46,196 bases of DNA from an uncultured bacterium (GCA_903933735.1 CAIZLB010000052.1:1-46196); one strand, 5' to 3'. Shown: positions 20,738-30,691, counted from the stretch's first letter. Numbers and translations: made by a program. Notes: generated from the sequence alone by a model not told the origin.

Positions 20738-21481
20738 TTATTCACATTCTCTAACAATACTCAAAGCTAGTCCTCCGAGCTCTCTCGCTAACACTCTCAT
20801 ATATGTACCTTTTCCACACTTAACATCTAATTTTACAATCTGAAAATCTTTTTTATTTTCTTCAAAAAAATTATTCCAACCAGTCTTTATATCATCTAAT
20901 CTAAAATCACCTTCCATCTGACACAAAGATAATTTATCAAAGACCCTTTGTTTTAATTCACTATTTGTTATTTGTTCTTCATTTAAAAAATCTATACTGT
21001 AGATGTGACCGTCTTGTTTTCTTGATTGTGTTTCTTCATTCTTTAATGCTTTCTTAATATGAGGTGATGAATATTTTGGATAATCAAAATTAAATGGACC
21101 AATAAAATTCCTCAAGACACTTTTATCAAAATATTTTTCTACAACAGAATCAATCAAACCCAAAACATCATTGGTGTCAGTTTTTATACCCAACAACACT
21201 TCAATCTTATATTCTTTATCTAACTTCATCAGATCTTCTTTTTCTTTTTTATTCCCACTCCACAATATATGAATATCACCCTCTGCCATAGGATCAAGTC
21301 TTCCGACAAAAGTTAATTTATCTTTATCTTCCTCTGGTATATATTCTTTGATCTCATTCAAAACCTGAAGTGGAGTAAAGCCGACTTTCTTATATATCAA
21401 AATACAGGCATCTGTTATGATCCTGTATTTTGTATAAGTATGACCCGAATCGGGTATATGATTATTTTTCTGAATCTTCAA
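20738..21481 (-). CDS. truB: tRNA pseudouridine(55) synthase TruB-like
   Basis: The catalytic loop [14 protein letters not shown] and the motif [13 protein letters not shown] are present. The annotated start overlaps the rplS 3' end by 20 nt, so the start is uncertain. Confidence 0.75.
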   Translation of the reverse strand: MKIQKNNHIPDSGHTYTKYRIITDACILIYKKVGFTPLQVLNEIKEYIPEEDKDKLTFVGRLDPMAEGDIHILWSGNKKEKEDLMKLDKEYKIEVLLGIKTDTNDVLGLIDSVVEKYFDKSVLRNFIGPFNFDYPKYSSPHIKKALKNEETQSRKQDGHIYSIDFLNEEQITNSELKQRVFDKLSLCQMEGDFRLDDIKTGWNNFFEENKKDFQIVKLDVKCGKGTYMRVLARELGGLALSIVRECE

Positions 21482-21914
21482 TTGCTTTTACTTCCTCCAT
21501 GTCTATATCCTCTGGAGTATTATCTAATAAATCATTGTCAGGTGCTGCTTTGTTTTTATCTGGTCTAACCATCTGCATCTTTAGACGTTTATTGATCTCT
21601 TTAACCGCTTTCTCTCTTATATAATATAGTTTAGCACGTCTTACTTTAGATCTTTTAACAAGCTCTATCTTGTCTATCATGGGTGAATATAGAGGGAAAA
21701 TTCTTTCTACCCCATAACCATTTGCAGATCTTCTAACTGTTAGAGTAGCACCTGCTTCAGTTCCGTGCTTACGAGCCAAGATCATACCCTCGAATATCTG
21801 TATACGAGTTTTACCTTTTTCTTGTATCTTTTGATGAACTTTTACAGTATCACCTGTACGTAAATCAAGGGTTTTTCTTGTTTTTTTATCTAATGTCGAT
21901 AATGTTATAGCCAT
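21462..21914 (-). CDS. rplS: 50S ribosomal protein L19 with an acidic C-terminal extension
   Basis: The L19 core contains [31 protein letters not shown] and ERIFPLYSP. An extra tail of about 35 aa is rich in D and E. Confidence 0.9.
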   Translation of the reverse strand: MAITLSTLDKKTRKTLDLRTGDTVKVHQKIQEKGKTRIQIFEGMILARKHGTEAGATLTVRRSANGYGVERIFPLYSPMIDKIELVKRSKVRRAKLYYIREKAVKEINKRLKMQMVRPDKNKAAPDNDLLDNTPEDIDMEEVKAIEDSEK

Positions 21915-22089
21915 AATAGACTAATTATTAACATATTTGCTTTATTAAATCAAGCATATCTACTGGGAGATTTCTTGAGATTTTCTTTATTCTTTCTTAA
22001 TCAAAACTTCGGGGGTGTTTTTGTATTATTTTTAGATGAATAAATTTTATATTAAAAGAATCAAAAAACTAATTAAACTATACTATTTC

Positions 22090-22449
22090 ATGGAAAACAA
22101 TGAACTTATAGAACATCAAAATGAGCTTTTACAGATAGATATTGATTATCCGTTGTTTATATCTAGACGGTCTTTAAAACATCTTGTCGAGAGTCGAAAA
22201 GTTGAACTTATCAGAAAACATACCGAGAAAGAGGTTTTGAATCGATTATTTTTAGCAGTAGACAATATAGTTAGAATATACATCAATAGTGACAAAATTT
22301 CTTTGCAGGAAAATAATCGTACGGTATATACTAAATATTCAATTGATAGAACTCAACACAGTATCAGACTTGTTTTAGAACAAGTGGAAAATAGATTGGA
22401 AATATGTTCTATACATTTTCAAAAAAGTAAAAAACTACCACAGGGGTAG
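22090..22449 (+). CDS. hypothetical protein
   Basis: The track ORF is 22036..22449. The internal start MENNELIEHQ at 22090 has TATACT 5 nt upstream, which looks leaderless. No family was recognised with confidence. Confidence 0.45.
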   Translation: MENNELIEHQNELLQIDIDYPLFISRRSLKHLVESRKVELIRKHTEKEVLNRLFLAVDNIVRIYINSDKISLQENNRTVYTKYSIDRTQHSIRLVLEQVENRLEICSIHFQKSKKLPQG

Positions 22450-22454
22450 TTTTT

Positions 22455-22580
22455 TACCAGACTTAGGATGACGGCACGGCGAGCAATTGCTTGTTCGCGG
22501 CTTCATCCATGAGTACTTGATATTACTATCAAGTCCGCAGCAAGCCGATTATTAATTTTCTGTCGTTAAGTCCTTATGTT
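22455..22580. ncRNA. GC-richer structured intergenic segment (candidate small RNA; strand unresolved)
   Basis: Nested stems are GGATGA(N31)TCATCC (22466-22508), GCGAGCAA/TTGTTCGC and ACTTGAT(N6)ATCAAGT. A minus-strand TTGACA, 16-nt spacer, TACACT (22611-22584) lies just upstream. Confidence 0.25.
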
Positions 22581-22612
22581 TAAAGTGTATCAAATCAAAA
22601 TTTTCTGTCAAA

Positions 22613-23335
22613 TTAATCTAATATACGTCCTATATCAGGCGCTAACTCAGCCTCAAAAACTCTTTCAACACCCTCACTATCTTTAAAGGTTATTTTATAA
22701 GCATGTAATGCCTGTCTACTTAGGCCTATATTATTCTTATGATTTGGCATATAAAGACTATCTGCGACTATACCGTGATTGATATGCTTCATATGAACAC
22801 GTATCTGATGAGTTCTACCTGTCTTTGGTTTAACAGATATATATGAGTATTTTTCACCTTGTTTTTCAAACTCTTTTAAAACTTCAAAAAAAGTAACAGC
22901 CTCACGAAGTTCACCGCGAGCAAAACGACCGCACACATATTTTCTAAAATCAGATTGACTGCGACCTATAGGATCTTGAATACAACCTTTTACAGACTTA
23001 AAATGACCATGAACTATAGCTCTATACTCTTTTTCTATCTTATGATTTTTAAACTGTTCTTTTATATATGTATAAAAATCTTGATTACGAGCGATAATCA
23101 TTACGCCCGAAGTATCAACATCAAGTCTGTGAACGATGCCATATCTTTCAAATTTATCATCTTTCTCCCCTACGTCCTTTGTTTCAGGATATAAACCCAA
23201 AACCTGAGAAGCAACAGAGTCTATCTCTTCTTTTTTTCGACCATCACTGTGGGTTATAAGCCCAGCTGGTTTATTTATAATAATAAAGTTTTTATCTTCA
23301 TGTATTATTTGGATTTTAGCTTTATTGTCTGACAT
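22613..23335 (-). CDS. RluA-family pseudouridine synthase (no S4 domain)
   Basis: The motifs HRLDVDTSGVMIIARN and GRTHQIRVH are present. The start was moved to MSDNKAKIQIIHEDKNFIIINKPAG at 23335. Confidence 0.85.
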   Translation of the reverse strand: MSDNKAKIQIIHEDKNFIIINKPAGLITHSDGRKKEEIDSVASQVLGLYPETKDVGEKDDKFERYGIVHRLDVDTSGVMIIARNQDFYTYIKEQFKNHKIEKEYRAIVHGHFKSVKGCIQDPIGRSQSDFRKYVCGRFARGELREAVTFFEVLKEFEKQGEKYSYISVKPKTGRTHQIRVHMKHINHGIVADSLYMPNHKNNIGLSRQALHAYKITFKDSEGVERVFEAELAPDIGRILD

Positions 23336-23396
23336 ATACGATGATACTAGCATATAATACAAAAATAAATACCCCCGATGCAGAGCATCGAAGTAT

Positions 23397-23427
23397 CACA
23401 TAGAACAAACTTTGTTTGTTCTATGTG
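23397..23427. repeat. perfect 14-bp-arm palindrome
   Basis: The sequence is CACATAGAACAAAC ttt GTTTGTTCTATGTG. Confidence 0.8.
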
Positions 23428-23451
23428 CCGGAGTAAAACTCCGGGATTTTT
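23428..23451 (+). terminator. hairpin plus T-run (terminator-like on the plus strand)
   Basis: CCGGAG(taaaa)CTCCGG is followed by GATTTTTAT. Confidence 0.35.
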
Positions 23452-23472
23452 ATTGTTAATCTCCTCGGTTCG

Positions 23473-23500
23473 GAAATACATGTGCTGGCACATGTATTTC
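23473..23500. repeat. perfect 13-bp-arm palindrome
   Basis: The sequence is GAAATACATGTGC tg GCACATGTATTTC. Confidence 0.8.
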
Positions 23501-23525
23501 GCTCACTCTACGTCGTTAATAAAAC

Positions 23526-23553
23526 AAAAACAGGCTCAGTGGCCTGTTTTTTT
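23526..23553 (-). terminator. intrinsic terminator after nrdJ (bidirectional-looking)
   Basis: AACAGGC(tcagtg)GCCTGTT is flanked by A and T runs, immediately after the nrdJ stop. Confidence 0.6.
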
Positions 23554-23559
23554 GTTAGA

Positions 23560-25827
23560 TTATAGTTCACAAGTACCTCCTGCACATGCCAACTCTTTTT
23601 TAACCTCTGTTTCATCATCTTTTTCATATGACATAATCTTTGAGAAGTCCAAGTCGCCCAATCTTTTTTTCATCTCTTCATATTTTTCTTTTGTTATCTC
23701 CTCATATGGAGCAAGTTTATAAACATGATTTGATCTTGGCAGGAATGAAAGTCCGCCAACTATTTCCCAGTTTTCATATACCCAGTTTGCCACAGCGACC
23801 CACTCATCCTCTCCAACTGAAATAGTTACTGATGGATTGTGTTCTGTATAATGAACTTTTACAACTTTCCAATGTTCAAGTTGTGATATAGCATCGAGAT
23901 CATCTTTACATATAGCTTTGTTTGGAGCTTTAACTGGAAACTCTAGAACTACAGTAGTAGCTTCCTCTATAGTTTGTCCAACCTCTGGAAAATACGGCAC
24001 ACCTTGATCTTTCAACATACGGAAAAGGGCGTCATTGGCTGATATACGTATTCTTCTTATGTAATACGGTGCATGACGTGGATGCATGCCTGAAGCACAA
24101 TCTACGGTCTGTGACACTGTTCCTGATGGCTTAACACAAGTTACACAAGTTGATTGATTCACACCAAAACGTTTTGCGTATTTTTTGTTCATCTCAACAG
24201 AATAATCTCTAAGTCTTTCAAGAACTTTTGGATCTCGGGCAACTTCAGAATCCCATTGACCTGTTATAGACACACCCAGTAGTCTTTCTTGTTCACAATT
24301 CTTCTTCCAATCTTTTGATAGGTATGGAAAATAAGTAAGAGTTGATTGATATGTTCCAAGTATAACTGCCATCTTTATCTTTTTCATTAAAGTTTCTTCA
24401 GTATCTTCGGCACGAGCAACAACTTCAGAAAGATTACAAAACTGTTTTGATTGAAGAATAATCTCTCCACAAGGATTTGTTCCCCAAGCTGGATATACGC
24501 CATTTTTCCATTGACCTAAACGTCTTTTTGGAAGAGTTTGAGCTAAACCACCTCGGTTAAATATACCTCTTTCTCCACTACCACTTTTGGCCAAAGCCAT
24601 CCATTCTTCCATGAACTCTGTTGTACTCGGTTTTGAGTTATATACCGCTGAGTTATTGGCAAGCATGCGTTGACCTTCGTTTATATAAAATTGTCCATTC
24701 TTGGAGTCACGTATAGCTTCATCATCTAGGTCTGAAAGTGATATAAGAGCACTACGACGCACTCCACCTGCGACAACACATTCTCCTATCTTACATATGA
24801 TGTCATGAGCATCTAGGTTTGTAAGATGTCTTCCTTGTCGAGTCATGATACGGTCGCGAGTAAAAGTTAATAAATCCATAAGAGGTGCTGGACCAGAAGC
24901 TTTTCCTCCCATAGTTTTTAGACGAGCACCATTTGGACGTATAAGAGAATAATCAAACTCTATATCATTACCATCAAACCAAGTTTTCATACCTAGAGCC
25001 AAAGCATCAGCCCAACCCTCTTTACTATCAGGTATAACATATTTTGCAAGTTTCTTGCCTGTTTGTTTTTGTATCTGAGGTAAAGCTTGAACGTTTTCAC
25101 TTTCAACAGCAAAACCCACACCTGTTCCCGACATAGATATGTACATAATCTCAGCAAAATCTTGAAATGTTTTAGGTGCAATAAAAGAACAGTTATAGGC
25201 GCAAACATTTGTCTTTCTAGCAGCCTTCCCTGCAAACTGTAAAAGTCTCATAGATGGCATAGACTCTTGTTTTAAAATAGACTCTCTTATCTCAGCGTAC
25301 TCAGCAGCAGACAAACTACCGTTAACATGATCTTTCATAAAGGCCATATATCTATCAACTGTCTCTATCCAAGTCTCGCGACGTCCCTCTTCTGGTATCC
25401 ATTTTGCATAAGTACGATAATAAACAAATTCTGATAAAGGGTTTCTAAAATATTTCTTACTTTCAACGACAAGGTCTTTAACTTCTTTTGATACTGGACC
25501 AACTTTCTCTCTAACCAAAGATCTTTCATTTCTATACAATATATAGGCTTTGGCAGTTTGTATAAAACCAAGGGCTATAAGCTGATTTTCAACAACATCT
25601 TGTATCATCTCTACATTTGGTACAAAAGTTTTACCCCCATTTTTCTTAGCCATTAACAATGCATCCAAAACCTTGAACATAACTTTTTCAGCTTCTTTAT
25701 CAGCCCCCTCTTTAACTGACTCCATAGCTCGTAGTACTGCTCTAACTATTCTCTTCTCATCAAACGGAACCAAAGTTCCATCTCGTTTTTTTATCTGTTG
25801 AAGTAAAGAATATTTTTTGTTTATCAT
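23560..25827 (-). CDS. nrdJ: adenosylcobalamin-dependent (class II) ribonucleotide reductase with an N-terminal ATP-cone
   Basis: An ATP-cone (IKKRDGTLVPFDEKRIVRAV), the active-site loop GTNPCGEIILQSKQFCNL and the C-terminal redox tail ELACAGGTCEL are present. Confidence 0.9.
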   Translation of the reverse strand: MINKKYSLLQQIKKRDGTLVPFDEKRIVRAVLRAMESVKEGADKEAEKVMFKVLDALLMAKKNGGKTFVPNVEMIQDVVENQLIALGFIQTAKAYILYRNERSLVREKVGPVSKEVKDLVVESKKYFRNPLSEFVYYRTYAKWIPEEGRRETWIETVDRYMAFMKDHVNGSLSAAEYAEIRESILKQESMPSMRLLQFAGKAARKTNVCAYNCSFIAPKTFQDFAEIMYISMSGTGVGFAVESENVQALPQIQKQTGKKLAKYVIPDSKEGWADALALGMKTWFDGNDIEFDYSLIRPNGARLKTMGGKASGPAPLMDLLTFTRDRIMTRQGRHLTNLDAHDIICKIGECVVAGGVRRSALISLSDLDDEAIRDSKNGQFYINEGQRMLANNSAVYNSKPSTTEFMEEWMALAKSGSGERGIFNRGGLAQTLPKRRLGQWKNGVYPAWGTNPCGEIILQSKQFCNLSEVVARAEDTEETLMKKIKMAVILGTYQSTLTYFPYLSKDWKKNCEQERLLGVSITGQWDSEVARDPKVLERLRDYSVEMNKKYAKRFGVNQSTCVTCVKPSGTVSQTVDCASGMHPRHAPYYIRRIRISANDALFRMLKDQGVPYFPEVGQTIEEATTVVLEFPVKAPNKAICKDDLDAISQLEHWKVVKVHYTEHNPSVTISVGEDEWVAVANWVYENWEIVGGLSFLPRSNHVYKLAPYEEITKEKYEEMKKRLGDLDFSKIMSYEKDDETEVKKELACAGGTCEL

Positions 25828-26051
25828 TGTGCTTATTTTATATATTGTATGTTATTTAATAATTATTTTTATTAAATAAGTATACAAACAAAAATAGAGT
25901 GCTCCAATTTTTCAGACATGCATACCAAACTATTTTGAGTATGTAAAATTTTATCCGAAATCAGCTATAGATAATAAGAAATATTTTAAGTAAAAATTTA
26001 TAAAATAAAAAAGCATATTCACAAAACGTTGCTGATAAAAAAATTTATATT

Positions 26052-29000
26052 TTATGATGTCAAATCAGTAGCGAGTTTTACCATCTTCTCATAACCAACT
26101 TCTGTCATATTTTCTACAAAATTTTCAACTTTTTGATTACCACGTATATTGACACCAGCTGAGAAAACTTTATAGACTTTTTTAAATTCATCAAAAGGAA
26201 TAATTGCATTATCTATAATTGCAACTTTTAGAAAATCTCCAAAAGCCCTTACAACATCACCACCGTTTTGAATAATCCAGTATTCAACACCTATACCACC
26301 AAGGCCCCCTTGCTGACCATTGTCCCCTAATCCTTTTTTATAACAACCAGCTTCTTTGAGTTTTTTCTTGGCAAATCTAACGTTGGTTAATGTATTCAAG
26401 AGAGCTTGTCTGCCATGTGTTTTTTCTATTGATCTGTATTTTTCACCGAGAGCCGTATGCGCATCAAACTCTTCAGAATCTGACTTTTTATTAAACCCGA
26501 CATCAATAGTCATCTTATGTCCATTTATCTCAACATCTTTTGACCTAAACATCATCATACCTTTGTTTTCATAAGAAGTCTCTATCGGAAATACATCTTT
26601 AAGCTTGTCCATAATCCTTAAAACTTTATCCCAGTCATTGTCATCAAGTTTTACAGCAAAATCAAAATCGAATTTTTCATCAAGAGCAGAGCCTCGACCA
26701 GTTGACCCTGTATCAGTTATAATTGCACCGGCAAGACTATCATCGTATTCACCTTTATGTAGATTCACACCGCCCTCTTCTAGTATAGCTTTTATTTTAT
26801 CTTGAATAATATTCCTAACAGTTTCTATACTTTGTATACCCTCTTCGGTTTGGGCAATACCTTCTATATCTTGTGCGAGATTACTATCTTTCCACCCCTC
26901 ACTTATATCCATATCACCCCCTTCAAAACGATCTACACCATCAAAAACCTTTCTATATTTATCATATTCCTCTTTTGTAAACACAATCTCTCCGTCAATA
27001 TTATATATAGGTATATAAAAACCTTTTTGAGCGATAAAGAATTTGATTTTATCTATTCCTCTAGGTTTTATACCCTCTTGTCTTATACATATAGCATCGA
27101 TCTGAGTCGAGCCAAATCCGGTACGTATACCATAATGGTTTTGTCCAATAACCCCAGTTTTAAATATATCTAATTTATCTTTTTCAAATTGGGGTTTTTT
27201 CTTTACGATGATATACATATCACCATATTCTGTATGGGCATTTCTAAAATTATATCCATCCTCAACAATGAACAAATCAGTATCGAAAGGTGTTGCATCA
27301 CTATCTTTACTTACTTTCTTTGATTCAGCACTAGCTGCCCCAACAAATTCCGGAGCGTATACACCCTTATCAAGGTAAGTATCAAGATAATAACTTGATA
27401 TACCTTTAACAAGATCACCCTCTCGCATCTTTAAGACTCCATCTTTTGCGTTTTCTTCATTCCTGATACTGGCTTCTTTTTTATATTCTTTCATCAAAGA
27501 TAGAGCATCATCGATAGATTCTATACCTATTCTCTTCAAGAAAGTTCTTTCGAATCTCTGTATCAAACTTCCACCATCCTGTACCCCAAAAGCATTCTTC
27601 AAATCATTTAATTCCCTATACATGACATCATCAGAGACATCTTCACCTATAGCAATACTTTGACGACCAGTATGACCAGAAAGGACATTTATCTTTTTTA
27701 AGAAAAGTTTTAATTTATTTTTTTCTAATTCAATCAGATCTATACCTTGATCAAATTTATCTAAAATATATCTGCCTGACTGTAAAACGGTCAAATACTG
27801 TTCAAGATTACTGTCGCAACTTGCTATATGAGACCTCATCAAATCTTTAAAAATAGTTAGCCTTTGTTTGGACGGATCTTTAAGAGCTTTCAATGACTCA
27901 ACCTTTGATTTGCTTAGTATAGAATTATTAAGGATTTTATCTGGATACAATATTTCAAATATTTTATACTGCTTACCAATCATTGGTATATTATTTGTTA
28001 AAAATGTTTTTTCAATCCTAGAAACCGCTTCATCAGCCTCTTCGAAATTATCAAACCTATACATCAGAGGTAATATTTCACTGGCTAGATTTTTAAGTTC
28101 ACGTGAGGGAGAGTTTTTGACACGCTTAAATACATCAATATATCTTTGCTGTTCTGGAGTAAACGGAAAACCTATATCATCTTCCATCATTATTTCTATA
28201 TTTTTTGAGACAACATTTTTAAATAATCTATCTAGTATTTCTTGCCTCTCTTCAGTATCTGTAATACTAGACAAATATTGATCATCAAAGAATCTGAATT
28301 TTGGAATAATATCTGTAGACTTATCCCTAACCAATACCTTTACCGCATTCTTTTTCTTTTGATCATTTAATGGAAAACTATTTTCTTCTAATAGTGTCAG
28401 TATATTACCGTCATTTATCAATAATTTACTGAATATAGAATTTATATCTTCGTCTGAGAAATCAACAGCCTTGCTCTTAAACGCAGACTGAACTTCTAAA
28501 AAATTAACAAACACATTTCTGCAATACTTATCATTATCTATGATATCAGATATTAAAGATGATGGATTTTCTTTTAGGGCAGACATGAGTTTAGCCAAGT
28601 CTTCTCGACCTAAATCATATAAACACAGACTGCGAAGCTTATCGATACCATAAACTTTTGTTACAAAATCGATGATATCTATATTAGTTTCTTTATCAAT
28701 AGTTTCCAGAAAATGTTTTATATTTGTTAAAGTTGTTTTATTCTTAAAATAAGGATCTAAATCTTCTCGCGTACTATCTATTTTGTGTAAAATACTTATA
28801 AGATCTTTTAACTCATCTTTCTCGAAAATATTATCTATATTTTTTACAGATTCTATTTGATTACCTAAGGATGAATCATAACACTTCCTCAATTCGACCA
28901 ACATCTCAAACTGATCCTCTGACATCCCTGACAAATAATACATATGCCAAAAAAATGCAGCATTAATATCTTCAATACCTAGAACCTTACATCTATCAAA

Positions 29001-30155
29001 TATATTTTCATCGAGTCTAGTATAAGGTTCAATTGAATCCTGATATATGGAAAAACTGCTTTCTTTTATGAGTCTTTTGACAAGTGAGAGTTTTTCTGTA
29101 CTTAAACTATGCAATCTTTTTGTCTCATGAGTTGATATTTTACATAATGCTTTATCGCCATCCTTATCATATTGAGTCTTGTATACATCGATCACATCTT
29201 GCGATTTACTTGATAAAACTTCACAGAAAGTGATAAAATCTTTGACTCTTATTTCTGATATCTCACTATCAAAATCTTTTATCTTTTGCAGATTCTCTTC
29301 ATTTAAATATGTTGCCAGTCTATGCATATCAAAATAATCTTTTAATAAAAAATCTACGTACGGATTTTTCTCTAGAAGTTTTATCTGCTCTAGGGACATT
29401 TGTTCAACATCATGTCTACTAAACACAGTTTCTGATAAACCTATACCTATTTTTTGTAAAATTTTTATCTTTTTAACACTTTCATCATTATTTAATATAA
29501 GTTCACTATCAATATAGTTAGGTAGTCTTATATGTTTTAGTGTATCAAGTGAAATACCCTTCTTAATCAATGCATGTGTATCATTAGCAATCCTTATCAA
29601 AATCTCTATATCGTATATAGTATATATATCTTTCTTATTGCAATATTGCAATATCTCCAATCCTTCATTATCTAAAGGAAATTCTGGAACTTCTATAGCA
29701 GACAAAGAATCATCAGACCCTCTTATTTTCTTCCATTCTCTTCTATATTTTTCTTTATTTTCTATCTCAAGATTATCAAATACAAATTCTATCCCTTTTA
29801 TTTTTTTACTTTTCTCACCAAACCTTATACTATAGGCTTCTGAAAGATTACCTAAAGCGATTGGTACGATTAGAATTGCAGCACACAATTTGTCTATAGT
29901 TTTTTTTCTTAAAGTTTTTCCATCTTCCTTTATCTTTTTTAATTCTTGCCTAAAAACATCTTTTTCACTTTCGGAAATATCATCACTGAGTATAAGGGCT
30001 AAAAGCTCCTCACTTCGTGATTCAAATTCAACATACTTTGTATCAGCACTTTCTAGAGCTGAGACCACTTCAGCCTCTTCAGACTTTATCTCCACAGGGT
30101 TTTCGACCACCCCTTCTATAGTTTTATCTTTTTTTTCTGGATCAAAATCAGACAT
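26052..30155 (-). CDS. giant (1367 aa) protein; C-terminal Pol-beta-superfamily nucleotidyltransferase of the class I CCA-adding/PAP type
   Basis: This is a long uninterrupted ORF. The C-terminus carries TDTGSTGRGSALDEKFDFDFAV (the G[GS]-x(9-13)-DxD signature). Further on it carries FDAHTALGEKY and RFAKKKLKEAGCYKKG...GGLGGIGVEYWIIQNGG. These parallel the class I CCA-enzyme pattern LLKxFLKxxGVYG...GFSGYxxELL. The N-terminal ~1000 aa are helical and unassigned. Confidence 0.8.
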   Translation of the reverse strand: MSDFDPEKKDKTIEGVVENPVEIKSEEAEVVSALESADTKYVEFESRSEELLALILSDDISESEKDVFRQELKKIKEDGKTLRKKTIDKLCAAILIVPIALGNLSEAYSIRFGEKSKKIKGIEFVFDNLEIENKEKYRREWKKIRGSDDSLSAIEVPEFPLDNEGLEILQYCNKKDIYTIYDIEILIRIANDTHALIKKGISLDTLKHIRLPNYIDSELILNNDESVKKIKILQKIGIGLSETVFSRHDVEQMSLEQIKLLEKNPYVDFLLKDYFDMHRLATYLNEENLQKIKDFDSEISEIRVKDFITFCEVLSSKSQDVIDVYKTQYDKDGDKALCKISTHETKRLHSLSTEKLSLVKRLIKESSFSIYQDSIEPYTRLDENIFDRCKVLGIEDINAAFFWHMYYLSGMSEDQFEMLVELRKCYDSSLGNQIESVKNIDNIFEKDELKDLISILHKIDSTREDLDPYFKNKTTLTNIKHFLETIDKETNIDIIDFVTKVYGIDKLRSLCLYDLGREDLAKLMSALKENPSSLISDIIDNDKYCRNVFVNFLEVQSAFKSKAVDFSDEDINSIFSKLLINDGNILTLLEENSFPLNDQKKKNAVKVLVRDKSTDIIPKFRFFDDQYLSSITDTEERQEILDRLFKNVVSKNIEIMMEDDIGFPFTPEQQRYIDVFKRVKNSPSRELKNLASEILPLMYRFDNFEEADEAVSRIEKTFLTNNIPMIGKQYKIFEILYPDKILNNSILSKSKVESLKALKDPSKQRLTIFKDLMRSHIASCDSNLEQYLTVLQSGRYILDKFDQGIDLIELEKNKLKLFLKKINVLSGHTGRQSIAIGEDVSDDVMYRELNDLKNAFGVQDGGSLIQRFERTFLKRIGIESIDDALSLMKEYKKEASIRNEENAKDGVLKMREGDLVKGISSYYLDTYLDKGVYAPEFVGAASAESKKVSKDSDATPFDTDLFIVEDGYNFRNAHTEYGDMYIIVKKKPQFEKDKLDIFKTGVIGQNHYGIRTGFGSTQIDAICIRQEGIKPRGIDKIKFFIAQKGFYIPIYNIDGEIVFTKEEYDKYRKVFDGVDRFEGGDMDISEGWKDSNLAQDIEGIAQTEEGIQSIETVRNIIQDKIKAILEEGGVNLHKGEYDDSLAGAIITDTGSTGRGSALDEKFDFDFAVKLDDNDWDKVLRIMDKLKDVFPIETSYENKGMMMFRSKDVEINGHKMTIDVGFNKKSDSEEFDAHTALGEKYRSIEKTHGRQALLNTLTNVRFAKKKLKEAGCYKKGLGDNGQQGGLGGIGVEYWIIQNGGDVVRAFGDFLKVAIIDNAIIPFDEFKKVYKVFSAGVNIRGNQKVENFVENMTEVGYEKMVKLATDLTS

Positions 30156-30315
30156 TTAAATCTTTTTTAATTTTATTTAATCTATTATTATCAATAGTTT
30201 TTTTAACCCTATGCAAAAGATCAGACTGTTTACTTTTTAAAACATTAATACCGCTGTTGAAGTCTTTAATAATGGATAATATTTGAATAGGGTCTGTATT
30301 CATATTTATATTCAT
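30148..30315 (-). CDS. 55-codon micro-ORF overlapping the start of the giant gene
   Basis: The translation is MNINMNTDPIQILSIIKDFNSGINVLKSKQSDLLHRVKKTIDNNRLNKIKKDLNV. Its TGA overlaps the giant ORF ATG (ATGTCTGA). It falls below the ORF-track cutoff. In AT-rich DNA it could be a chance ORF. Confidence 0.3.
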   Translation of the reverse strand: MNINMNTDPIQILSIIKDFNSGINVLKSKQSDLLHRVKKTIDNNRLNKIKKDLNV

Positions 30316-30412
30316 AATATCATATATTTGTTAATATTTTCACTCCACATTACGTATACATAAGAGCAAAGTAATTTATCAATTTAACAAAAAACATAAA
30401 TATAAACACAAT

Positions 30413-30691
30413 ATGACAATAAAAGAATTTTCACACAAAAACGGTCTAGTATTTTTCTGGACTACTATAATATTAGCTGTATTATTACTCATAACCATGA
30501 CATTCAGCTGTTTAACAAGATTTGAAAGATTTAGCAATGATTACAGATACAAAAACGAGACAAGACAGGACAGAAATATAAGAGGCATACAAAGACCTAT
30601 GATGAACGGTCAAGGTCTTCAAAATAGATTAAACGTCACAGATGTAGACCAGTCTACAACTTCAGTCAACACATCTGTAACAAATCAATAG
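30413..30691 (+). CDS. small single-pass membrane protein, hypothetical
   Basis: This 92-aa protein has one TM segment (LVFFWTTIILAVLLLITMTF). Confidence 0.4.
   Translation: MTIKEFSHKNGLVFFWTTIILAVLLLITMTFSCLTRFERFSNDYRYKNETRQDRNIRGIQRPMMNGQGLQNRLNVTDVDQSTTSVNTSVTNQ

Noticed and set aside
22455-22580. SRP (4.5S) RNA, 6S RNA or tmRNA identity for the structured intergenic segment
   Set aside because: The SRP helix-8 motif (GGAA tetraloop with an AGCA-containing symmetric loop) was not found. The tmRNA tag-reading frame and tRNA-like ends, and the 6S central bubble architecture, were not seen either.
23378-23722. A plus-strand 114-aa ORF spanning the nrdJ 3' end and the hairpin cluster
   Set aside because: It runs through stacked palindromes and terminators and then antisense into nrdJ. 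It has no supporting start context.
25828-25900. NrdR boxes upstream of nrdJ
   Set aside because: AT-rich segments such as ACATACAATATATAAA are not palindromic, and they do not occur as a properly spaced pair matching the NrdR consensus. No call is made.
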